IMG/VR virus record: IMGVR_UViG_3300013132_000036
Location: 1-64,000 of that record
Direction: 5' to 3' (one strand)
Length of the DNA stretch: 64,000 bases
From: a virus
This document shows positions 1 through 9,166 of this stretch, in pieces; positions within the stretch are counted from its first letter, which is position 1, and each line of letters starts with the position of its first letter. A program made the position numbers and the translations under genes. The notes beneath the pieces were generated by a model that made no database searches, had not been told where the DNA came from, and worked only from the letters and a program-made list of their open reading frames with translations.

Positions 1-132
1 CCTGGTTGGTCTCCTGGTTGGTCTCCTGGTTGGTCTCCTGGTTGGTCTCCTGGTTGGTCTCCTGGTTGGTCTCCTGGTTGGTCTCCTGGTTGATCTCCTG
101 GTTGGTCTCCTGGTTGGTCTCCTGGTTGGTCT
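1..132. repeat. 12-bp tandem repeat CCTGGTTGGTCT x11 (encodes GDQP on the minus strand); continues off window
   Basis: Directly visible; one unit variant (TTGATCT). Confidence 0.95.
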
Positions 133-941
133 CCTGGATCTCCTTCTTCTCCTGGATCTCCTTCTTCTCCTGGATCTCCTTCTTCTCCTGGATCTCCTTC
201 TTCTCCTGGATCTCCTTCTTCTCCCGGATCTCCTTCTTCTCCTGGATCTCCCTCTTCTCCTGGATCTCCCTCTTCTCCTGGATCTCCTGGGTCATCTCCT
301 TTTTGTATCACCATTTCTTGGTCCGGATCTGCTAATTCTTTATCCTCATCTTCAACCTTACCTGTAGTCTCTACAGTCTTTTGTACTTTAGGATTATTAA
401 TAAGCCTTTGTAGTTCTCCAGATTCTTCGAGCGCATCATATATGTCTTCTGCTCTCATTCCTTCAAATCTTGGATCATATAGACCTTCTCTGTTACCCAT
501 TTCATCTACAGGGAATTCAAATCCAGCTTCATCTTTAAGTAATGGATTTATTGCATAGTCGCATGCTATGTTCCATCCCATAGGATCTCTGCTTCCTCTC
601 CTATCCATATGATCACCGATGCAATGTAATATCTCGTGACACAAAACTAATCTTAGAGCTGCCTCAGATTGTCTCATAACAAATTCAGGATGGAATATTA
701 TATCCCTCCCATTTGTACACATTGTTTTAGGATCAAGGTCACTAGATCCAAATATATTAACGTGGCTAAGAAGCTCAGCATAAAATCCCTGGTTTATATT
801 TAACCAAAGTATAACTCTTCTGATTTTTTTATTAACCTCATCTGGATCATATGAGGTAGATTCATTTATAAATCTAACGTAATTAGAGAAAGATGTTATT
901 ACTTTTCCCGTTTTATATTTGTTCTCGTTTAACTTTCTCAT
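3..941 (-). CDS. DUF2201-N-type HExxH metallopeptidase (MoxR partner) with acidic repeat linker; runs off the window (missing from ORF track)
   Basis: Own translation from ATG 941 (overlaps the AAA stop, ATGA): MRKLNENKYKTGKVITSFSNYVRFINES...PKTMCTNGRDIIFHPEFV...VLCHEILHC...WNIACDYAINPLL..., then GDPGEE and GDQP repeats; open to position 3. Confidence 0.88.
   Translation of the reverse strand, partial: MRKLNENKYKTGKVITSFSNYVRFINESTSYDPDEVNKKIRRVILWLNINQGFYAELLSHVNIFGSSDLDPKTMCTNGRDIIFHPEFVMRQSEAALRLVLCHEILHCIGDHMDRRGSRDPMGWNIACDYAINPLLKDEAGFEFPVDEMGNREGLYDPRFEGMRAEDIYDALEESGELQRLINNPKVQKTVETTGKVEDEDKELADPDQEMVIQKGDDPGDPGEEGDPGEEGDPGEEGDPGEEGDPGEEGDPGEEGDPGEEGDPGEEGDPGDQPGDQPGDQPGDQPGDQPGDQPGDQPGDQPGDQPGDQPGDQP
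133..285. repeat. 18-bp tandem repeat CCTGGATCTCCTTCTTCT x8 plus a partial unit (encodes GDPGEE, acidic Gly-X-Y)
   Basis: Directly visible; variants are synonymous in the minus-strand frame. Confidence 0.95.
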
Positions 942-2437
942 CCCTGTAGTCCTTTATCTTTAGCTCCCTTAGTGATAAGTAAAGCAGCTTTATGTTTTAT
1001 CTCATCCTCTGGAGTGGATGAAGACCCTCCGAACTTGAACTGTGGATATTTTGATAGTATGTCTTTGTATAGCCAGCTTAGAGGTTCTAATTCGCTATAT
1101 CTATTGAAATATTCCATCACGTTATAAAGCTTCTGTGTGTCGTATGTTCTGACTCTTTTCATTACCATTTCGATAAGTCCATAAAGTACGCTCTTTGTTG
1201 ATTGTGCTTCTGATACAATAGGAGCTGACATTGGGTTATTAATCATACTCTCCATATCTGCATCCGTAACCTTTCTTAGAATCTCTAAGTAAGCAACAAA
1301 TTTACCTGCTGCTTCTGGACCAACTTGATCATAGAAAATATCCATTATGTCCTGTCTAGAAATATCCCTCCATGAATCTACGCCTTTGTAGTTAATCTCA
1401 TCATTAAGTATTAATGCCCCATCTGTCCAAGATCTAGGGGTAGGATAGTTAAGAGATTTTTTATCTGCATCCAGATTGTGGAAATAATCAGGGTTGAATG
1501 TTAGGAAAGTAACTAACTCAGGAAGTATCTTCTCATTTTTATCTGCCCAAGAAGCATATCCCTCTATAGTAGGTACGTAATTTTTAATGGTGAATCGGTC
1601 AGCTAATGCAAAATCGAAATCTGCAACACCTTCTGCTTCTTCCGGTCTGTTACCAGCTGCTACGATTACCCATCTATCCGGTAATTTATAAGGACCTATT
1701 TCTCCTTTCTGTACGAATTGCATGATGGAGTTAAGAACTGCTTTATTAGCTCTGTTCATTTCGTCCATAAATATTATACCTCCTCTTTCATCTTTACCAT
1801 TATCAGTAGGAAGTAGTATAGGTGGATTAGATCTAGTGAATCCTTTACCTGCACTGATTAATTTTCCACCTTCAACCTGAACAGGCTCTACGTCATGTCT
1901 ACTAGGAATACCCAAGAAATCCTCGGGGTTCATGAATTGAAGGTCTAATTTCATTACAGGAACACCCAACTCATCTGCTGCTTGTCCTACTATTTCAGTT
2001 TTACCAATACCAGGAGCTCCGTAAATAAATATAGGTTTAGCTCTACCACCTCTTTCTTTACTCCTATACAATCTTATTACGTCTTGCTTTAATTGATCCG
2101 CAGAGATGTTTCTTACACTCTGATCCTCCCCAGTATATTCCAAAGGGATCCTTGCTTCTTTGAGAGGATTTACCCCCATTTCAAATTCTTGCATCTGTTT
2201 AAAGATAGATCCATTCTCAGGTAAGAATAGCATAACAGTAGGAAGGCCTTTCTTAGGTCCATAAGGAATAGGAGCTACTAATCCATCTACTATGCTCTTT
2301 AAAAATTTACCGGTCCATCCGAAAAATCTTCTAGCATAATCTTTAATAGTTGAAAGGAATCCTTCATTTATTCCTGTTGGGTTGTATGATTCATTAACGA
2401 AATCATTAAAGTTCTTTATTCTCTTAGACATCTTCAT
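938..2437 (-). CDS. MoxR-like AAA+ ATPase (paralog 1) with N-terminal capsid-targeting-like leader
   Basis: Walker A GAPGIGKT, Walker B IIFMDEMNR, sensor AAGNR, ALADRF, PTPRSW; directly upstream of a DUF2201-type peptidase. Confidence 0.9.
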   Translation of the reverse strand: MKMSKRIKNFNDFVNESYNPTGINEGFLSTIKDYARRFFGWTGKFLKSIVDGLVAPIPYGPKKGLPTVMLFLPENGSIFKQMQEFEMGVNPLKEARIPLEYTGEDQSVRNISADQLKQDVIRLYRSKERGGRAKPIFIYGAPGIGKTEIVGQAADELGVPVMKLDLQFMNPEDFLGIPSRHDVEPVQVEGGKLISAGKGFTRSNPPILLPTDNGKDERGGIIFMDEMNRANKAVLNSIMQFVQKGEIGPYKLPDRWVIVAAGNRPEEAEGVADFDFALADRFTIKNYVPTIEGYASWADKNEKILPELVTFLTFNPDYFHNLDADKKSLNYPTPRSWTDGALILNDEINYKGVDSWRDISRQDIMDIFYDQVGPEAAGKFVAYLEILRKVTDADMESMINNPMSAPIVSEAQSTKSVLYGLIEMVMKRVRTYDTQKLYNVMEYFNRYSELEPLSWLYKDILSKYPQFKFGGSSSTPEDEIKHKAALLITKGAKDKGLQG

Positions 2438-2450
2438 TTTTTAGATATGT

Positions 2451-2458
2451 TATATATC
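2451..2458 (-). promoter_or_regulatory. Putative late promoter GATATATA (AAA/peptidase operon 1)
   Basis: Motif recurs shortly upstream of many structural and tagged genes. Confidence 0.7.
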
Positions 2459-2482
2459 CAATATAGAATAAAAAGAAATGTA

Positions 2483-3652
2483 TTAAAAGAGTGCTCTTAC
2501 TAAAAGAAGGTTTGGAGAAAGGGGGGTATATCCCATAGCTTCAATGAATCTATTTATAGGATCAAGAATAACTCTATTAAATTGCTCATCAAAATCTACA
2601 GGTGGAGCAAACTCATAAGGATAAGATCCATTAAGATATCCAAATACGTTGTTCTCCCTCTCGTTGTTAACTTTAACGTAATAGTACTTTATCTTCTCTG
2701 ATGATCTTATTAAGCTATACTTTGCTTTATGTTTTGAATTATTTAAGATGTAGTTATGGTATCCAGCAGCTCTAACGTGCATTGGACATCCCTTAGCAAC
2801 CTCAAACTTACTTGTATCATTTACTATGAACTTCTCGATGTTGTTAACAGAAGTACCGATTGATATCTGGTCAGGGCTCTGTACCTTAAATTCATTTTTA
2901 ATATCTTTTAGGATCTTTACGAATTCCCTTATATCAAAACTCTTACCTTTCTCAAAGATATGTCTGAGAAGAAAAGTGAGTTTTTCCCTAGCGAATGGAG
3001 CAGTTCCCCCTTGTGCTAGTTCGATACCTGTTGATTTAATCTTAGAAAGCTTAGGAAATAAATCCTTATTTGGATCTTGCCAAGCTATGTGAAGTACATA
3101 TTTCTTTTTACCTAAGAATATACCTGCATAAGATAGACTTTCTAGCTCAAAATCTTGATAGTTATCGGTGTTCCATTTCTGAGCATAGATGTCATAACAC
3201 TTTCTGATGTATTCTTTTAATCTATGCTCATTTAGTCTTTTTACAAACTCGAATGGCTCATAATCAAATTCACACGAATCCATCACTGCACCAAGATTTA
3301 TATAATTAGAATCTGTATCTCCATATAAGATAAAATCCAGAGTTATCTTTCTGACATTACGAACTTCCATCTTTTCGTGTAACTCCGTATCTAGGTGCCA
3401 CATGTCATTGAAATACCTGTTAACTATCTTTTCGGCAAATTTCCATATATCCTGCCCTTGTAATGTTACACTCTCTGCTACATCTGGATTGAATAAAGCA
3501 AAGTATTGGTTTCCTGTCGCTCCGTATATACTGTTAAGAGTTAACTTAATACCTTGTTCAGTGTTATAAAAGTCCGAAGATTTTTTTTGAAACTCCTGGA
3601 GTTTCTGATTGAGCTCTTCTAAGCTCATTGACATGTAATCTATCTCTTCCAT
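2483..3652 (-). CDS. Family B DNA polymerase, C-terminal half (gp43B-like: second fingers helix, palm, thumb)
   Basis: Motif B KLTLNSIYG, motif C YGDTDS, KKKY, TGIE; hydrophobic C-terminus RALF (clamp-binding-like); no exonuclease domain or motif A. Confidence 0.92.
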   Translation of the reverse strand: MEEIDYMSMSLEELNQKLQEFQKKSSDFYNTEQGIKLTLNSIYGATGNQYFALFNPDVAESVTLQGQDIWKFAEKIVNRYFNDMWHLDTELHEKMEVRNVRKITLDFILYGDTDSNYINLGAVMDSCEFDYEPFEFVKRLNEHRLKEYIRKCYDIYAQKWNTDNYQDFELESLSYAGIFLGKKKYVLHIAWQDPNKDLFPKLSKIKSTGIELAQGGTAPFAREKLTFLLRHIFEKGKSFDIREFVKILKDIKNEFKVQSPDQISIGTSVNNIEKFIVNDTSKFEVAKGCPMHVRAAGYHNYILNNSKHKAKYSLIRSSEKIKYYYVKVNNERENNVFGYLNGSYPYEFAPPVDFDEQFNRVILDPINRFIEAMGYTPLSPNLLLVRALF

Positions 3653-3653
3653 A

Positions 3654-4421
3654 TTATACCTCTACTAAACCTATTGCTATTATAGAATCCGATTCAGTTG
3701 ACTTAACCAAGATTCTGTTATCGTGGAAATGTATCTCTGAATTTTCTTGATCTATATAAGAAAATTGGTTTTTGTAGATAGTATAAACACTAGGATTTGA
3801 AAATCCGTTAGGCTTTTTGCCTTTTATTAAATTATATTGAAAGGAATTTCCTCGGATAGTCACTCCGTTTTCTTCGATGTCGAAATTTAAAAGTTCTTCA
3901 GAATTAGATTCTATTCCAGTCAATGAAGAAACCTTTTGGAAGTTTTCTTTTGAGATCTCAAAGTTAACCTCCGACCCTTCTGTTGAATGTATTTGTCTCT
4001 GTATATTATCATCTATGTAAGCAAGTAAGCTTATGTCTGCACATTTAACGAATATATTTAATGAAGATGATGAGAACTTTAATCCAGTTGCTATTAGATC
4101 TGAATCATAAGGCTGAGAGTCGACAGTCAAGTTAAGCTCTTCCTCTGGTCCAAAGTATTTAAATACATCAATCAATTTACCTATCTCTAGAATACCAATT
4201 TTTAATCTATTAGGAGGAAAATCTCCTTCTAGTATATCACTGATATCTACACTAACATATTTAATAACTGATTTGTCCGGTGTTCTCACCTTAGCAAATA
4301 AATTTCCTCCTTCTATTTCTAAAGGAACGCTTTTGTCTACCAACTTTAATTTTTTAAGGAAAGACATAAAATTGGCAGGATTAGTAATCCTAAAATTCCA
4401 AGTTGCTTGTTTCTTACTCAT
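3654..4421 (-). CDS. Probable DNA sliding clamp (gp45/PCNA-like)
   Basis: 255 aa, two-domain alpha/beta pattern resembling PCNA/gp45; directly upstream of the polymerase C-half. Confidence 0.6.
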   Translation of the reverse strand: MSKKQATWNFRITNPANFMSFLKKLKLVDKSVPLEIEGGNLFAKVRTPDKSVIKYVSVDISDILEGDFPPNRLKIGILEIGKLIDVFKYFGPEEELNLTVDSQPYDSDLIATGLKFSSSSLNIFVKCADISLLAYIDDNIQRQIHSTEGSEVNFEISKENFQKVSSLTGIESNSEELLNFDIEENGVTIRGNSFQYNLIKGKKPNGFSNPSVYTIYKNQFSYIDQENSEIHFHDNRILVKSTESDSIIAIGLVEV

Positions 4422-5829
4422 TTTCTATATTTAATTCATTTTCTTGTTCTACTTCTTCAATTATTTCTTCTTCTGGATCGAATATTCTTATACCATTGTG
4501 GAATTCCTCTTTAACCTCTCCTAAGAGAGAAGTAGTTCTAGAATTTGTTTTCTTTTTTAATAGAGAATTTTCCTTTTCCACAACTTTTACTCTTTCCTTT
4601 TGACTTTTTATTTCTTGATTCTTATTCTTTATAGCAGATTTTATCGAATTAATTTCCTCTTTAGTCTTAATTATTTCTTCTTTGGTTAGTTTTATTAAAG
4701 ATATTGATTCCAATCTTCTTGATATTTCTCTCTTGTATTCACTAACAAAATTTAAAACCTCATCAACTCCCCTTTTCTTTTCCTGCATAAAAGTAAGAAA
4801 TTTAACTTTAGCTTCTAAGAATTCTAATTCATCGCTAAGATATAATAGATCTCTCTCATATCTTTTTAATATCGTTCTTTCTCTATGTACAATAAAATCT
4901 TCTAAATAATCCTCTATACAATCATATTCTAACACGGATCCGTCTCTAACAAAAACAATATTTTCAGTAACTATCTGTTTAGTCTCTTTTGCTATTATTT
5001 CAGATATCTCCTTAAACTCCTGGTCTGTGCATCTAAACTTTATGTTTATCTTAACCTCATCAGTGGAGAAGTTGTCCATTTTATAATTGATAGCTTTTCT
5101 TTCTAGAATATTATTAAGTCTAATGAAGAATGATTCATATCTTTGCAATGGAGATATAGAATTAATTTTAAATGTTCTAGAAGTAACATCCATCTCTATA
5201 TCGCCCTCAATAAGCCATGCAGATTTAAGAGAATCCATTTTAGTTACCTTTCCTTTAAATCCTCTAAAGTATGGTTTTAATTTCTTAGATTTATTACCGC
5301 TTAAATATGTAACTATCTCCTCCGGCTTTCTTGGTAATATATTAGACTTATATCCAACAGCTATACCAACTACATGGGTGGATAGTCCTATAGGATAGTC
5401 TACGTGAATCCAATCAAATCCACCCTCTTCATTAGGAACATTAAGATCCTTGTATTTTTCTATTATCTCCTTGTATTTGTTAGATATCTTTACCTGTGTA
5501 TATCTGGGAGCGGAAGGAACTGGATTAACTGGACTGCCAAAAAATCCATCCCCCAGTAGTATCTGTTCAGAACAGGAAAAGGGTCTGGCTAATTTAGATA
5601 TTGCCTGAGCCATTGAACTGTCCCCATGGTGATAAAGTCCGGTACTGAAAACCTCACCAATCACACCGACAGTTTTCTTAAATATGCTTGGTGAATTCTG
5701 GAGAATTAATCTTTGAACCGGGGTTAGTGCATCGTAGAAATTTGGAATACCCCTACTCTGAATAACATATAATGCGTACTTACGGTAATCCTGGTTTATC
5801 TGGTCTGAAATTGTTATTCTTTTCTCCAC
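4414..5829 (-). CDS. Type IIA DNA topoisomerase, breakage-reunion subunit (gp52/GyrA-like)
   Basis: YALYVIQSRGIP, DALTPVQR, YHHGDSS, active-site SAPRYT. Confidence 0.93.
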   Translation of the reverse strand: MEKRITISDQINQDYRKYALYVIQSRGIPNFYDALTPVQRLILQNSPSIFKKTVGVIGEVFSTGLYHHGDSSMAQAISKLARPFSCSEQILLGDGFFGSPVNPVPSAPRYTQVKISNKYKEIIEKYKDLNVPNEEGGFDWIHVDYPIGLSTHVVGIAVGYKSNILPRKPEEIVTYLSGNKSKKLKPYFRGFKGKVTKMDSLKSAWLIEGDIEMDVTSRTFKINSISPLQRYESFFIRLNNILERKAINYKMDNFSTDEVKINIKFRCTDQEFKEISEIIAKETKQIVTENIVFVRDGSVLEYDCIEDYLEDFIVHRERTILKRYERDLLYLSDELEFLEAKVKFLTFMQEKKRGVDEVLNFVSEYKREISRRLESISLIKLTKEEIIKTKEEINSIKSAIKNKNQEIKSQKERVKVVEKENSLLKKKTNSRTTSLLGEVKEEFHNGIRIFDPEEEIIEEVEQENELNIENE

Positions 5830-5852
5830 TTAAAATATTTTCACTGATGAAA

Positions 5853-5881
5853 ATTATACTAAGATACAGGATTAAAGTTTC
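5853..5881 (-). promoter_or_regulatory. Putative early/middle promoter GAAACTTT-N15-TATAAT
   Basis: Same 29-bp architecture found at six sites, mostly before replication genes. Confidence 0.7.
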
Positions 5882-7401
5882 TAATCCTCATTAAAACCGA
5901 CGGTTCTTACGTCTTTCCCAGATCCTTTTACTTGGGCTCCTCCAGTAGCATTCTGGGCAACAACTTGCTGTTGAGGATTATAAGGCAAACCAATCAGAGC
6001 AGACTTTAATACTTCATCAGGTATGTCATCTAATTGGATTAATCCATAGATGAATTTTGAGGCATTCATTGATTCTTTTTCAGCTTTAGATATAAATTCT
6101 TGCCATTCGGTATAATCAGAAAATACTTGACATCCCGCTGACCAAGGTCCTATACAAACACCCTCTCCTTTAGTGGAAGATCTGTGTATTTGCATTCCGC
6201 AGCTTTCAGTATATGTTTCTGCTGGTTTATATGTTTCGTATTTAGTAACCCCGATAGGATATCTACCGACTTTAATTTTTTCGGCTTCAACCATCATCTT
6301 ATATTTAGTTTTACCTCCTAATGTACTTTCCTGTAGCACATAAAGAGTATCTCCAGGCAGCTTAATGCCTAGACCTTTAGGATTCATAGGTTTTTTACCA
6401 TAATAAGCTAAACTACCAACTGTTGTTATTTGGTATGGATCGATTTTATCTCCTAAATCCGATGGAGGAACTGGTCCAGTAGGTCCAGATTGCTGTTGTT
6501 GAGTAGTAGATGACTTAGTATTATCTTCGCTATCCATATCAACTTTTCTACCCTTAGGCTTATCATCAACTATTCCTAGTTTTTTTCCTACCCATTTAAC
6601 TGCTTGTTTACCTTTCTCCCAAGCTCCTTTAAGTAATCCTCCGATCCCTAAGATATCCTCATAAAGAACTTCGAAATCATCCTCGCTAATTTGTCCAGAC
6701 TCTAGAAGATCTCTACTTTCAACTAAAAATTCCCTCTCCTTATTCATCTGAGCAAAATCTTCAAACGTCCAAAGTCCAGATTCAGAAATTGTTTCTAATT
6801 CCATTATTCTTTCATCTATAAATTCATATACGGAAAGAGATTCATTTTTCTTCTGATTCATAAAATTAGAAGCCTCTCCAGTAGCTCCTGTAGCTCCCGT
6901 AGCACCAGAGCTCTCCGTTCCGTCTTTTGCGTTACCTGGTATGAAATACAGAGCATCGCAGAATCTATCTTGATTTGGAGTTTCTTTCTTAGTTGCAATT
7001 CTGTTTCTTATTCCTATTATTACCGCTCTCTTCTCGTTTAGTTCGTTTATAACCCTTGTGTAATCACCAGCTTTTTTCTCTTGCAAATAATTAAGAATTA
7101 ATTTGATAGTCATTACTGAAAGAGGAGTCTTCTCTAATTTGTAGGGATCTGATATCCCACATCCTTTGTAGGGTAAAGACTCTTTTACTTCTTTAGTTTG
7201 CTCGATATAGCTATCAACCCCTCCAGATCCTCCGATGTCACCAAAAACCGATTGTACAATACCTTTTGCAATCCTTGATTTTGCTTCTCTTTCTGTTTCG
7301 GGTCTTCCTAGATTTCCAGAATCTGGAGATCCTGTGGCTCCAGTGGATCCAGTTTCTTCCTCATTTAAAAATTGGCTAAATGATAATACTTTTCTTTCCA
7401 T
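5881..7401 (-). CDS. Putative virion-packaged L,D-transpeptidase (YkuD)-like cell-wall enzyme with capsid-targeting-like leader
   Basis: C-terminal IHRS-x11-WSAGCQV (His...S-x-G-C); N-terminus RKVLSFSQFLNEE; GATG low-complexity inserts; GATATATA at 7406-7413. Confidence 0.55.
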   Translation of the reverse strand: MERKVLSFSQFLNEEETGSTGATGSPDSGNLGRPETEREAKSRIAKGIVQSVFGDIGGSGGVDSYIEQTKEVKESLPYKGCGISDPYKLEKTPLSVMTIKLILNYLQEKKAGDYTRVINELNEKRAVIIGIRNRIATKKETPNQDRFCDALYFIPGNAKDGTESSGATGATGATGEASNFMNQKKNESLSVYEFIDERIMELETISESGLWTFEDFAQMNKEREFLVESRDLLESGQISEDDFEVLYEDILGIGGLLKGAWEKGKQAVKWVGKKLGIVDDKPKGRKVDMDSEDNTKSSTTQQQQSGPTGPVPPSDLGDKIDPYQITTVGSLAYYGKKPMNPKGLGIKLPGDTLYVLQESTLGGKTKYKMMVEAEKIKVGRYPIGVTKYETYKPAETYTESCGMQIHRSSTKGEGVCIGPWSAGCQVFSDYTEWQEFISKAEKESMNASKFIYGLIQLDDIPDEVLKSALIGLPYNPQQQVVAQNATGGAQVKGSGKDVRTVGFNED

Positions 7402-7418
7402 AATGTATATATCAAAAC

Positions 7419-7745
7419 TTAGCCTTTAGATTTATTTATAAGTATTGACATTAATACGGATATAAAAGATATAATACCTGATCCTATAAAAGATGCTATA
7501 ATAAAATCAAGGCTAATTCTAAAATCTTTTATATAAAAGTATAGACCCCCGAAATCTAATTCATCGAAAGAAAAATATAGAATCATAGACGTCCAGAAAG
7601 AAGTGCATTGATAGCAGTTTAACATATCTCCAAAAAATGGAGAATTTATAAGAAGCCAATTTCTAAAGGGCTCCATTATTTTGGATGCTACCAATACATG
7701 TGTTAAACCCCAAACTGCAAGTACATAAAAAAAGAAAGTTTCCAT
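7419..7745 (-). CDS. DUF1360-like small membrane protein
   Basis: Hydrophobic helices and a CYQCTSFW motif. Confidence 0.6.
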   Translation of the reverse strand: METFFFYVLAVWGLTHVLVASKIMEPFRNWLLINSPFFGDMLNCYQCTSFWTSMILYFSFDELDFGGLYFYIKDFRISLDFIIASFIGSGIISFISVLMSILINKSKG

Positions 7746-7756
7746 CTTAAAATCTT

Positions 7757-8794
7757 TTATTTAAACATATCATATTCTTTTAACTCCTGCATAAATCTTA
7801 TTTCTTCTTTGTTAAGATCTGAAGGAATTTTTATATTTATTTCAACTAGGAAATCCCCTCTGCCTCCATATCCCATATTTGGTATTCCCCTTTGCGAAAA
7901 TTTAAGAACAGTACCCGGAATTGTACCCGGAGAAATAACAGCTTTTAGTTCCTCTCCGTCTGGCATTTCAACATCAATATTAGTTCCTAGAACTGCATCT
8001 ATAAATGTTATTTGTTTTGCTGATATAAGATCTGTTCCTCTCCTTACAAAATTTTCATCCGGTATTTCGTTTATCTTTACATAAAGGTCTCCCGGTAAAC
8101 CGTTCCCTTTTCCGTCGTTTCCTTTATTTGCCACGACAAATTGCATACCGTCAGAAGAACCAGCAGGAATATTTATATCAATTAGATCCTCCTCCGCTAT
8201 CAATCCTTTTCCTAAGCAACTCATACAATATTCAAGTATGCTTTTTCCACTCCCCCTACAAGCACCACAAACGGTAACAGAATTAATCTGCACAAATCCA
8301 TTAGTTTTGTTTATTGTGATTTGCCCTGTTCCGTTACACGCTCCACAGGTTTGAAAAGATCTACCTCCTTCTGACCCCGTTGCTTCACACGATTTACACT
8401 TTCGTTCTCTCTTTAATTTGATTTTCTTCTCCACTCCACTTAACACATCATTTAGAGTAACTTTTAGAGTTATGCTAATGTGTCCTCCCTTAGGATCTTG
8501 TGGGAATCCTGGATTATAGTGACTCGCAAAAGGGTCTTTTTGATTCCAGTTATTAAAATTTTCAAATCCTCCAAAGAAATGATCTTTAAAATTTCTTTTA
8601 TTATCATATTCTCTTCTTTTAACGGGATCGCCTATATTTTCATAAGCTTCCGTGATTTTCTTGAATCTTTCCTCTGCCCCTTGTTCCTTGTTCCTGTCAG
8701 GGTGGAACTTCTTAGCCATTTGTCGGTAAGCTTTCTTTATAGACTCCTGGTCGGCATTTTCTTGAACGCCTAAAATTTCGTAATAGTCTGTCAC
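7757..8794 (-). CDS. dnaJ: DnaJ co-chaperone (J domain, Zn finger, C-terminal domain)
   Basis: DYYEILGV, HPD motif, four CxxCxGxG-type repeats, GDLYV; GTG start. Confidence 0.95.
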   Translation of the reverse strand: MTDYYEILGVQENADQESIKKAYRQMAKKFHPDRNKEQGAEERFKKITEAYENIGDPVKRREYDNKRNFKDHFFGGFENFNNWNQKDPFASHYNPGFPQDPKGGHISITLKVTLNDVLSGVEKKIKLKRERKCKSCEATGSEGGRSFQTCGACNGTGQITINKTNGFVQINSVTVCGACRGSGKSILEYCMSCLGKGLIAEEDLIDINIPAGSSDGMQFVVANKGNDGKGNGLPGDLYVKINEIPDENFVRRGTDLISAKQITFIDAVLGTNIDVEMPDGEELKAVISPGTIPGTVLKFSQRGIPNMGYGGRGDFLVEINIKIPSDLNKEEIRFMQELKEYDMFK

Positions 8795-8937
8795 TTCTTA
8801 TTTTTTCTTTTAAATATATGACCTAATAGATTATTAATTTCTAGTAATATAATAGTACTGAACAGGGCAAATCCAATAATGAAAATACATATTAATATCG
8901 GAAATATCTTTAATAAATTATTAATCCTCTCCAGCAT
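8791..8937 (-). CDS. 48-aa single-TM protein (not in ORF track)
   Basis: Own translation MLERINNLLKIFPILICIFIIGFALFSTIILLEINNLLGHIFKRKNKK; fills the gap exactly, stop overlaps the dnaJ start (GTGA). Confidence 0.65.
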   Translation of the reverse strand: MLERINNLLKIFPILICIFIIGFALFSTIILLEINNLLGHIFKRKNKK

Positions 8938-9145
8938 CAGTTTCGTATTTATTAGCCAATGAAGATGCAAAGATCTGGTACTTGGATTGGTCTAACAGGT
9001 CTTGCTCAGTCATTTTAGAATCATTTAGTTCTTTATCCAAATCTATAGTAGGATAATTGTCTAGCAATGATCCTTTTATTACACTTAAATAAATTTCTCT
9101 ATCTAAGATAAATTTTACATTTGTTAAATCTATTTCTTCTGACAT
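8921..9145 (-). CDS. Hypothetical acidic protein
   Basis: 74-aa ORF with A-rich leader, first gene of the dnaJ run. Confidence 0.65.
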   Translation of the reverse strand: MSEEIDLTNVKFILDREIYLSVIKGSLLDNYPTIDLDKELNDSKMTEQDLLDQSKYQIFASSLANKYETDAGED

Positions 9146-9166
9146 GATTAATTTCTTTATACTATT

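Noticed and set aside
1-285. Possible CRISPR array
   Set aside because: Head-to-tail 12- and 18-bp units with no unique spacers, in frame within a CDS; no cas genes
6-335. Plus-strand 109-aa ORF (VSWL repeats)
   Set aside because: Antisense shadow of the tandem repeats; the real gene is the minus-strand peptidase
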